Source: Candidatus Undinarchaeota archaeon
Lineage (GTDB): Archaea > SpSt-1190
Assembly (NCBI GenBank): GCA_964449215.1
Contig: CAYVAH010000015.1
Span: forward strand, 1 to 16,472
Length of the DNA: 16,472 nt
Reading direction: 5' to 3'
The notes under the pieces: model-generated
Told to the model about the DNA's origin: nothing
The model's input: only the letters and a program-made list of their open reading frames with translations
The model's database searches: none
Program-made: the position numbers and the translations under genes
Shown: one piece after another, positions 1-10,768 of the stretch
How the letters are laid out: each line of letters opens with the position of its first letter
How positions within the stretch are numbered: position 1 is the first letter of the stretch

Positions 1-55
1 ACCCACGACAACTGGGTTAAAAGCCCAGCGCTCTACCAAGCTAAGCTACGGGCCC
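1..55 (-). tRNA. tRNA-Lys(UUU), 5' part; 3' end lies outside the window
   Basis: Reverse complement reads GGGCCCG-TA-GCTT-AGCTTGGTA-GAGC-G-CTGGG-CTTTTAA-CCCAG-TTGTC-GTGGG-T. This gives the acceptor 5' strand, D arm, a perfect CTGGG/CCCAG anticodon stem with anticodon TTT (19-21), variable loop and start of the T arm. No intron in the visible part. Confidence 0.95.
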
Positions 56-78
56 GGTAATGGGTATTGATTTTTCTG

Positions 79-91
79 TTTTATAAGTTTC
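79..91 (-). promoter_or_regulatory. Archaeal BRE/TATA promoter of tRNA-Lys
   Basis: Minus strand reads GAAAC-TTATAAAA, a purine-rich BRE plus TATA box about 25-30 nt upstream of the tRNA 5' end. Confidence 0.7.
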
Positions 92-95
92 CCGG

Positions 96-1685
96 TCAGC
101 CACAGGAGCCCGTTGGCTGGTCCGAGCCCTGGCTCAAAGTCTGGTTGCACCCCACCATGCCTTGATTCAAGGTGCACACAAAGCTCTTGATGCCCTCCGC
201 TCCGCTCCTTGGCATCCCACTTATGATGTATCTGCCATTCACGAGGAAGGTCGGGCTGCTCCCGAATCCGAGGGAATTGCCAAAGGCTATGTTCTCCTTC
301 AAAAGGTTCTTTCCCTCCTCTCCTTGCCAGCAGGTATCAAGCTGCTCCTTGTCTATGCCTGCCTTCTCGGCGCAGTTCTCCCACTCGTTTCCGGCGTTGC
401 GGTAAACCGGAGCGATGCAGTTCAGGTAGTCCCAGAACTTTTCGGGTTCATTATTCTCTATGCAAACCTGCCTTATGTCCTCGTTCACCTCTTCCTGCCC
501 ATGCATTGAGGAGAACCCGTCCCCTGCCTCATTTGCCAGGTACCAGACATTGACATCCAGGTCGGGAAGTGCCTTCACAATCTCGGTCATGGCTTCTGCC
601 GCTTTCATTCCAAATGGGCACTGACTCATTATGAAGAGGTCCAGCTTGCTGGTCTCCTCCGGTCTGTTGAGCACTGAAGGTCTTGTGGCCAGCACATACA
701 TGTTGTTCCCTGCAGGGGTGAGGTATCTCCCGATTGCACCATAAGCGGAACTGTTTTCAATAGCCCGGTCGAAGAGGAATATCGGGTAACCCCTTGCACC
801 GAGCATCTCGTCGAGGTTCGTCCTGTCCGGGTCGATGACCTCCAGTTTTATGTTGGTGCCATACTGTGATCTCAGGCTGTTGGCCACCCATCCCGGGTTG
901 CATATCTCATCCGGGCAGTCACCCGGGGAGATTACAACCATTTTGACCTCGGGCTCGACGATGGTCTCCCCGGTGAGCAGTTCAAATATGGTTTTGTTGA
1001 AGTCGCTGAACGGCCTTGCACCCACAATCCTGCTCTCCCCATCGTTGAAGACTATGGTTGGTGTCCCGGTGGCCCCGAGCTCCATGCTTTTCTTGTAGCT
1101 CTCCTCCAGAAGTCGCGTTCCTTCACCGTCCTTGCAGTTCTCGATCAGGTTGGTATCAATGCCGTTCTCCTTTGCGCACCCCTGAAAGTCGTTCCGTGCG
1201 TAGTGGCAGACGACAAAGTCAAGCCACTTTTCCCTGCCATATTTCTCCCATATGCACATCTCCCGAACGTTCTCATCGAGCTCTGCCTGTCCGTGCATGC
1301 TGGAGTATGTGTCCCCGTTCTTGGACGTGAGATACCAGACATGCCAGTCCATTTCGGGATACGCTTCGACTATCTGCGGGAGGGTGTCCTTCACAAATCT
1401 TTTTCCAAAGGGACAGCCGCTGAGTGTCACAACATCCATCCGCATCCCGCTGCTCCCCTCGGGAGCTTTTTGGAAAATGCCGGCAACCCGGGTCAGCAAC
1501 CTGCTTCCCAGCGAGGAGCCGAAACTCAAAGTCACAATGCTCTGGTTCTCCCCCGTTATCTGCGAGGCCTGTTCCGCCCCGATTGTCTTCAGGTGGGGAA
1601 CCGGCACAATGAAAAGCATCAGGGCAATCAGCCAGGCATATTTGGTTTCCTTCACAAAAGCCAGAACCTCGGGAACCTTTGTCAT
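96..1685 (-). CDS. Membrane-anchored/exported multi-thioredoxin-fold protein with two GILT/DsbA-like domains (CPFG active-site motif)
   Basis: 529 aa with an N-terminal hydrophobic segment (YAWLIALMLFIVPV). Two homologous domains lie ~265 aa apart (LSGCPFG...SSMHGQAE...C...GTPT and MSQCPFG...SSMHGQEE...C...SSPT), each with a cis-Pro-type motif. A central CPDEIC...GYPIFLF domain separates them. GGAGG precedes the ATG. Confidence 0.8.
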   Translation of the reverse strand: MTKVPEVLAFVKETKYAWLIALMLFIVPVPHLKTIGAEQASQITGENQSIVTLSFGSSLGSRLLTRVAGIFQKAPEGSSGMRMDVVTLSGCPFGKRFVKDTLPQIVEAYPEMDWHVWYLTSKNGDTYSSMHGQAELDENVREMCIWEKYGREKWLDFVVCHYARNDFQGCAKENGIDTNLIENCKDGEGTRLLEESYKKSMELGATGTPTIVFNDGESRIVGARPFSDFNKTIFELLTGETIVEPEVKMVVISPGDCPDEICNPGWVANSLRSQYGTNIKLEVIDPDRTNLDEMLGARGYPIFLFDRAIENSSAYGAIGRYLTPAGNNMYVLATRPSVLNRPEETSKLDLFIMSQCPFGMKAAEAMTEIVKALPDLDVNVWYLANEAGDGFSSMHGQEEVNEDIRQVCIENNEPEKFWDYLNCIAPVYRNAGNEWENCAEKAGIDKEQLDTCWQGEEGKNLLKENIAFGNSLGFGSSPTFLVNGRYIISGMPRSGAEGIKSFVCTLNQGMVGCNQTLSQGSDQPTGSCG

Positions 1686-1706
1686 AGCCCCTCCAGTCTT
1701 CCCGCA

Positions 1707-1718
1707 TTATAAATCTTT
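1707..1718 (-). promoter_or_regulatory. BRE/TATA promoter of the thioredoxin-fold gene
   Basis: Minus strand AAAGA-TTTATAA ends ~22 nt upstream of the ATG at 1685. Confidence 0.6.
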
Positions 1719-1734
1719 ACAAGTCTGGCTTGAC

Positions 1735-1747
1735 AAAACTTTTTAAA
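1735..1747 (+). promoter_or_regulatory. Possible distal BRE/TATA element upstream of the rpo operon
   Basis: AAAAC-TTTTTAAA(CCC), nearly identical to the AAAC-TTTTAAA(CCC) element upstream of fusA. Confidence 0.45.
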
Positions 1748-1792
1748 CCCGTAATTTCTCCCTAACTGGTGCTCACTCTCAACAATTTAAGT

Positions 1793-1806
1793 AGAAAGAT
1801 TTATAA
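1793..1806 (+). promoter_or_regulatory. BRE/TATA promoter of the RNA polymerase operon
   Basis: AGAAAGA-TTTATAA, followed by SD AGGTGA (1831-1836) and GTG start at 1843. Confidence 0.7.
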
Positions 1807-1842
1807 CTCACTTGATTGTGTGGAAGGAGTAGGTGAAGCTTT

Positions 1843-3348
1843 GTGAAGAATATGCTATCCTGTCTTGCTAAGGCTTTCTTTCGCGAGTACGGAGTGGCCC
1901 GTCACCACATAGATTCCTTCAACGTGTTCCTGAATGAGGGGATGCAAAGGGTGGTGAATGAGGTCGGAGCGATGGAACCCCTGATATTCCCACCCGGATA
2001 CGAGAGCTATCGTCTCCTTTTCGGGAACCTCCGCATACTGCACCCTGTCGTGAGGGAGGCTGATGGCTCTTCGAGTCTTCTGTATCCCATGGAGGCAAGA
2101 ATACGGAACCTCACTTACTCGGCACCGGTCCAGCTTGAGGTGATTCCGGAAAGGAATGGAGTGAAAGGCGAGCCGGTCTGGGCGGACATAGGTGAGATTC
2201 CCATAATGGTCCGCAGTGACAAGTGCCTTCTCCACGGGTTGAGTGACGAAGAGCTTGTGGAGGTCAGCGAGGACCCCTACGACCCCGGGGGCTATTTCAT
2301 TATCAGCGGAACCGAGCGGGTGCTCATGAGCATAGAGGACCTCGTGCCGAATGTTCCCCTGCTTGAGGTTGTCAAGTCCGGGACTTCCGAAGAAGTGGCA
2401 AGGCTGTTCAGTGAAGTTCCCGGGTTCCGGATTCCACATCTTTTCCAGCGCAGGGGAGATGGGGTGATATATGTTTCCTGGGCGAGAGTTCCGAAGATTC
2501 CGCTTGCAATAGTGCTGAAGGCTCTGGGCATGGAAACCGACCAGGAGATAGTCTCCATGATTTCTGAGGACCCGGAATTCGTTGAGGACATCATGGCCAA
2601 CATTGAAATGCTTGAGGAGGTCGAGACCCAGCAGGATGCCCTTGAATACATAGGCAAGAAGCTCAAGATAGGTCAGGGTGCACAGTACCGGATTGAGCGT
2701 TCAGCCTACCTGATAGATAACTATCTCTTGCCCCACATAGGGACCGGGAAGAGGTTCCGGCCGGACAAGGCTCTTTTCGTCGGTTCAGTTGCCGAGCGGC
2801 TGATGAAGTTCCACTACGGCAAGCTTCCTGAAGATGACAAGGACCACTACGGGAACAAGAGGCTGAAGCTTGCGGGCGAGCTCATGGAGCAGCTGTTCCG
2901 TGCCGCTTTCAAGACACTTGCCAATGACATGAAATACAGTTTTGAACGCATAGTGAAGCGGGGCAGGGAACCGAGCCCGGTCACGATCATTCGCAGCCAG
3001 TTGCTCACGAGCAGGATAGAAAGTGCCATGGCCACCGGGTACTGGATAGGTGGTCGATCAGGTGTTGCCCAGCACCTGCAGAGGCTGAATTTCTTTGACA
3101 CAATAAGTCACCTCAGGAGGGTGATGAGTCCGCTGGCCAGCGGTCAGCCCCATTTCGAGGCCAGGGAGCTCCACCCCACCCACTGGGGAAAGCTCTGCGT
3201 TGCCGAAACCCCTGAAGGGTCAAACATAGGTCTGCGTAAGAACTTTGCCCTCTTTGCCAAGCTCAGTTACAGCACCCCTGAGGAGGACGTGAGCAAGCAA
3301 CTGCAAAAAGTTCTGGAGGAGGTTGGAGTTGGTAGACATAATGCTTAA
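1843..3348 (+). CDS. rpoB2: DNA-directed RNA polymerase subunit B'' (Rpo2N)
   Basis: Motifs HHIDSFNVF, YPMEARIRNLTYSAP, DPGGYFIISGTERV, DDKDHYGNKRLKLAG, SHLRRV, ARELHPTHWG and ETPEGSNIGLRKN. SD AGGTGA. Confidence 0.97.
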   Translation: MKNMLSCLAKAFFREYGVARHHIDSFNVFLNEGMQRVVNEVGAMEPLIFPPGYESYRLLFGNLRILHPVVREADGSSSLLYPMEARIRNLTYSAPVQLEVIPERNGVKGEPVWADIGEIPIMVRSDKCLLHGLSDEELVEVSEDPYDPGGYFIISGTERVLMSIEDLVPNVPLLEVVKSGTSEEVARLFSEVPGFRIPHLFQRRGDGVIYVSWARVPKIPLAIVLKALGMETDQEIVSMISEDPEFVEDIMANIEMLEEVETQQDALEYIGKKLKIGQGAQYRIERSAYLIDNYLLPHIGTGKRFRPDKALFVGSVAERLMKFHYGKLPEDDKDHYGNKRLKLAGELMEQLFRAAFKTLANDMKYSFERIVKRGREPSPVTIIRSQLLTSRIESAMATGYWIGGRSGVAQHLQRLNFFDTISHLRRVMSPLASGQPHFEARELHPTHWGKLCVAETPEGSNIGLRKNFALFAKLSYSTPEEDVSKQLQKVLEEVGVGRHNA

Positions 3349-5141
3349 TGGGAGGGTTTTTGCGAGGGTGAAAAAGTCCCAGGCGAATCGTATTGTGAAA
3401 AAGATGGTCAATCTGCGCAGGAAGGGGAAGATCCACCCCGAGGTGACCATAGCATATATTCGAAGGAGGGAGGAGGTCAGGATAGACACCCAGGGTGGCC
3501 GTGTTCTCCGTCCCCTGATTGTTGTGAGAGCGGGGAAGCCCCTGCTGACGAAGGAAGACCTGAAGAAGCTTGAGAAGGGGAAGATAGAGTGGAAGGACCT
3601 CGTGAGTAAAGGGAAGGTGGAGTTCCTCGATGCCGAGGAGGAAGAGAATGCCCTTATAGCCGTGGATGAGAAGGACCTCACACCAAAGCACACCCATCTC
3701 GAGATACACCCGATAACCCTTCTCGGTGTCCCGGGATCGCTGATACCCTATGCCAACTACTCAAGGGGTGACAGGGTCAACTACGGGACCAGCAAGGGTG
3801 TCAAGCAAGCTGTGGGGATATACGCCCTCAACTATCCAATCCGGTTCGACACCTTCACAAACATACTTCATTACCCGCAAAGCCCCATAGTGAGGACAAA
3901 GCTGCACGACGTCCTTGGCTTTGACCATCACCCTGCCGGGCAGAACTTTGTGGTGGCAATGATGACCTGGGAAGGCTATGCGATGGAGGATGCCGTGGTT
4001 ATGAACCGGGCCAGTCTGGAAAGGGCTATGGCGAGGAGCACATATTTCCGTCCATACTCGACGATTGAAAACAGGTATCCGGGAGGGCAGGAAGACCGCA
4101 TAGAGCTTCCCGGAAAGGATGTAACGGGGTACAGTGAGGATGAGGATTATGCGAACCTCGATGAGGACGGGATAATCCACCCGGAGAGCTGGGCGAGGAG
4201 TGATTCTGTTCTTGTTGGCAAGACTTCACCCCCGCGTTTCCTCGGAGCCATGAGCATATTCCGTATGGGAGTGGAGTCCCGGAGAGACACAAGTGAAAGG
4301 GTGAGGCATGATGAACAGGGGTGGGTTGATTCCGTTCTCGTTTCTGAAAACATAGATGGGCGAAAACTTGTGAATGTGAAGGTGAGGGAGGACCGCTCTG
4401 CAGAGATAGGTGACAAGTTTTCTTCCAGACACGGTCAGAAGGGGGTAATAGGGCTGGTGGTCCCGCAGGAGGACATGCCATTCACAGAAAGTGGAATTAT
4501 CCCCGATATGATTACTGACCCTCACGGAATCCCCAGCAGGATGACATTTAACCAGTTGATTGAGTTCATCACAGGGAAGGCAGGGGCTCTTGAGGGCAAG
4601 TTCATGGATGGCACTCCCTTTGAGGGGGACCCTGTCAAGGAGGCCACGGAGATTCTGAAGAAGCACGGCTTCAGGTCCTCGGGGAAGGAAAGGATGTATG
4701 ATGGCAGAACCGGTCGCGCCTATGAGGTTGAGATATTCACAGGGGTGATATATTATCACAAGGTCAGGCACATGGTGGCAAACAAGATACATGCCCGTGC
4801 CAGGGGGCCTGTCCAGATGCTTACGCATCAGCCTACCGAGGGCAGGAGCAAGCTCGGTGGTCTGAGAATGGGGGAGATGGAAAAGGACGCCCTCGTTTCC
4901 CACGGGGCTTCACTGCTGCTCAACGAGAGGTTCAGCTCCGATAAGACAAAGGTTCCTGTGTGTACAGGATGCGGGGTTACAGCCATTAATGACTTTGTGA
5001 AGGACAGGGCATACTGCCCCATCTGCGGTGGTGAAGAAATTGAGTGGATTGAGGTCAGCTATGCCTTCCACATCCTGCTTCAGGAGCTTATTTCGATGGG
5101 GATCTACCCGAAGCTTCAGCTCAGGGACAAAGGGTGGTTTG

Positions 5142-5158
<17 letters not shown>
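3329..5158 (+). CDS. rpoB1: DNA-directed RNA polymerase subunit B' (Rpo2C)
   Basis: Motifs GYAMEDA, GDKFSSRHGQKG, HMVANKIHARARGP, QPTEGR..GGLRMGEMEKD and a C-terminal Zn ribbon (CTGC...CPIC). Start placed at TTG 3329 (SD GGAGG 3318-3322); TTG 3323 and ATG 3341 are alternatives. Overlaps the rpoB'' stop. Confidence 0.96.
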
Positions 5159-8826
<3,668 letters not shown>

Positions 8827-8828
8827 TG

Positions 8829-9083
8829 ATGGACTGGAGAAAGGAGCTGCAGGCTGCTGTTAAGGGTGGTAATTTTGTGCTCGGTGTCAAGCAGACTTTG
8901 AAGAGCCTGAAGAAGTCCCAAGGAAAGTTTGTTGTCATGATTGTTGACTGCCCTGAATCGAAGACCATAGAATACTATGCCGGGCTCGCGAAGATTCCCG
9001 TTTACACCTTTTCCGGTGGGGGGATGGATCTCGGAGCCACAGTGAAGAAGCCGTTCAGTGTTTCAGTCGTCCTGGTGAAGTGA
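8829..9083 (+). CDS. rpl30e: 50S ribosomal protein L30e (eL30), short form
   Basis: G.FVLGVKQTLK, DCP, YYAGLAKIPVY and DLGATVKKPFSVS motifs; canonical position after rpoA''. GTG 8826 is an alternative start. Confidence 0.9.
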   Translation: MDWRKELQAAVKGGNFVLGVKQTLKSLKKSQGKFVVMIVDCPESKTIEYYAGLAKIPVYTFSGGGMDLGATVKKPFSVSVVLVK

Positions 9084-9515
9084 ATGAAACTAAAGATTGA
9101 CAATGAAACGTTCCGGTATCTGAATGCTTTTGGCACCCTTACCGGCGTGTCTGCCCTTGACTGCTTCGAGCTGCGGGACGAAGTTGTTTACCTGGTTGAG
9201 CCCGGGAAGATTGGGATAGCTGTCGGGAAGGGGGGATCAAACATAAAGAAGGTTGAGAACCTCTTGAAAAAGAGCATACGGCTTGTGGAGTATTCCAGCG
9301 ACCCGGTGACCTTCATAAGGAATGTGATTTACCCCGCGAAGGTGAAGAACGTCTATATTTCCACAAAGAGTTCCGGGGAGAAGGTTATAAACATCCAGGC
9401 AGATGCAAGGCTTAAAAAGGCTCTTATGAGAGATGGAAAGAAAATCTACCGGCTCCTGTCCATGCTGGTGGAAAGGCATTTCCCCTCTTACAGGGTTGAG
9501 GTGTTGCAGGAATGA
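9084..9515 (+). CDS. nusA: Archaeal NusA-like KH-domain transcription factor
   Basis: 143 aa with a KH GxxG motif ([11 protein letters not shown]) and VEYSSDP.FI.N..P; canonical position between L30e and S12. Confidence 0.92.
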   Translation: MKLKIDNETFRYLNAFGTLTGVSALDCFELRDEVVYLVEPGKIGIAVGKGGSNIKKVENLLKKSIRLVEYSSDPVTFIRNVIYPAKVKNVYISTKSSGEKVINIQADARLKKALMRDGKKIYRLLSMLVERHFPSYRVEVLQE

Positions 9516-9946
9516 AGAAGACGCGCGGGTATTACGCGGCGAGGAAGCTCTTGTCCAGACGTAAGTCCAGCAGGCGTTTGCAGAAGGTCTGGCGCCAGAA
9601 TTTCTACGGGACGAAATGGAAGAGGGACCCACTTGAGAAGGCTCCGCAGGCAAGGGGCATAGTGCTCGAGAAGGTCGGTATTGAGGCCCGCCAGCCGCAC
9701 TCCGGAATCCGCAAATGCGTCCGCGTCCAGCTCGTGAAGAACGGAAAGCAGGTCACTGCCTTCGCACCCCGGGATGGAGCCGTTAACTTCATAGATGAGC
9801 ACGACGAGGTTATAATCGAAGGCATTGGCGGGCGAAAGGGAAAGAGCTTTGGTGACCTTCCAGGGGTCCGTTTTCGGGTGATAAAGGTCAATGGCGTGTC
9901 TCTGGAGATGATACGCACGGGCAAGAAGGAGAAGAAGAGGCGGTGA
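9512..9946 (+). CDS. rps12: 30S ribosomal protein S12 (uS12)
   Basis: [36 protein letters not shown] and [17 protein letters not shown] overlap with nusA. Confidence 0.97.
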   Translation: MKKTRGYYAARKLLSRRKSSRRLQKVWRQNFYGTKWKRDPLEKAPQARGIVLEKVGIEARQPHSGIRKCVRVQLVKNGKQVTAFAPRDGAVNFIDEHDEVIIEGIGGRKGKSFGDLPGVRFRVIKVNGVSLEMIRTGKKEKKRR

Positions 9947-10548
9947 CCATGGTTCTGGTTTTTGGCAGGTGGGGGACGGAGGGGATTGAGGTCCGCGACA
10001 AGGGACTCCAGGAGTATCTGGGTCTTTCCCCCGTTGAGGTTCCATCGACCGGTGGAAAATGGGCAAAGAAGAGGTTCGGTCGCCGGAAGTACAGTGTTGT
10101 GGAAAGGCTCGTGAACAAGGTCATGGTCACAGGCCACATAAAGGCGAGTAAGAAGCATGTTTTCACGAGCGGCCGGAACAGCGGGAAAAAGCTGAAGGCG
10201 ATGGCCATTGTCGAGAAGGCCTTTGAGCTCGTGGAGAAAAAGACAAAGAACAACCCCATTCAGATTCTGGTCAGGGCCATCGAGCACTCTGCCCCGCGTG
10301 CCGAGGTGACCACCATAGAATATGGGGGCATCCGCACGCCAGTGGCCGTCGATACCTCCCCCATACGCAGGATGGACCTCGCGTTGAGCTTCATCACCAA
10401 GGGTGCTGCCCAGAAGTCCAACCGGAGCAAGAAACCGATTCACCAGGCACTGGCGGAGGAACTGGTGGCAGCTGCCCAGAACGATGCCAAGTGTTTTTCC
10501 GTTGACCGGAAGAGCATGATGGAGAAACAGTCCGAAGCGAGCAGATAA
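9943..10548 (+). CDS. rps7: 30S ribosomal protein S7 (uS7)
   Basis: [44 protein letters not shown] and E..A.R-type end. Start is GTG 9943 (GTGA overlap) or ATG 9949. Confidence 0.97.
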   Translation: MTMVLVFGRWGTEGIEVRDKGLQEYLGLSPVEVPSTGGKWAKKRFGRRKYSVVERLVNKVMVTGHIKASKKHVFTSGRNSGKKLKAMAIVEKAFELVEKKTKNNPIQILVRAIEHSAPRAEVTTIEYGGIRTPVAVDTSPIRRMDLALSFITKGAAQKSNRSKKPIHQALAEELVAAAQNDAKCFSVDRKSMMEKQSEASR

Positions 10549-10553
10549 TTGCA

Positions 10554-10591
10554 TTCTTTTCATTGTAACTTTCAGAAAGCATGTTTTTCTT
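10554..10591 (+). terminator. Putative oligo-T archaeal terminator(s) after rps7
   Basis: TTCTTTT (10554-10560) and TTTTTCTT (10584-10591) just downstream of the rps7 stop. Confidence 0.45.
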
Positions 10592-10695
10592 GAGTAGTAT
10601 CACAGGATTTCCCCGCTGTGGTGCTGTAAATGGGTGACCACGAGCAGGTGATTTCACCAACGGATTATAGATATCACAACCCTGATGAAAAAGTG

Positions 10696-10711
10696 CAGGA
10701 ATGTATATAAG
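10696..10711 (+). promoter_or_regulatory. TATA promoter of the nrdJ-cobO-DUF4430 operon
   Basis: TATATAA at 10704-10710, preceded by purine-rich CAGGAATG and ~60 nt upstream of the nrdJ GTG. SD-like GGGGTG at 10758-10763. Confidence 0.55.
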
Positions 10712-10768
10712 TCTGCCTTGCCCCTTTGCTAATGTCCGCTTTGTTTGGACTACCACGGGGGTGGGTTC

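Noticed and set aside
96..1685. Thioredoxin-fold protein as the electron donor for NrdJ
   Set aside because: It appears exported or membrane-anchored, has no canonical CxxC dithiol, and is 9 kb away in a separate transcription unit.
3320..3350. RpoB split as a possible frameshift or pseudogene
   Set aside because: The break is at the known B''/B' boundary, with an SD and start codon for the second half. This is a normal archaeal split.
5028..5141. N-terminal extension of RpoA' in the ORF track
   Set aside because: It overlaps the conserved C-terminus of RpoB'. Homology begins at ATG 5142.
10594..10700. Canonical cobalamin riboswitch (CCCCGC...CTGTAA resemblance)
   Set aside because: It lacks the AGGGAA, GGTG-AA-TCC and B12-box elements. 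Kept only as an unclassified structured-leader candidate.
10682..10740. CTGATGA suggesting a hammerhead core or C/D-box sRNA
   Set aside because: There is no stem II plus GAAA for a hammerhead and no suitably placed downstream CTGA D box. The region reads better as promoter DNA.
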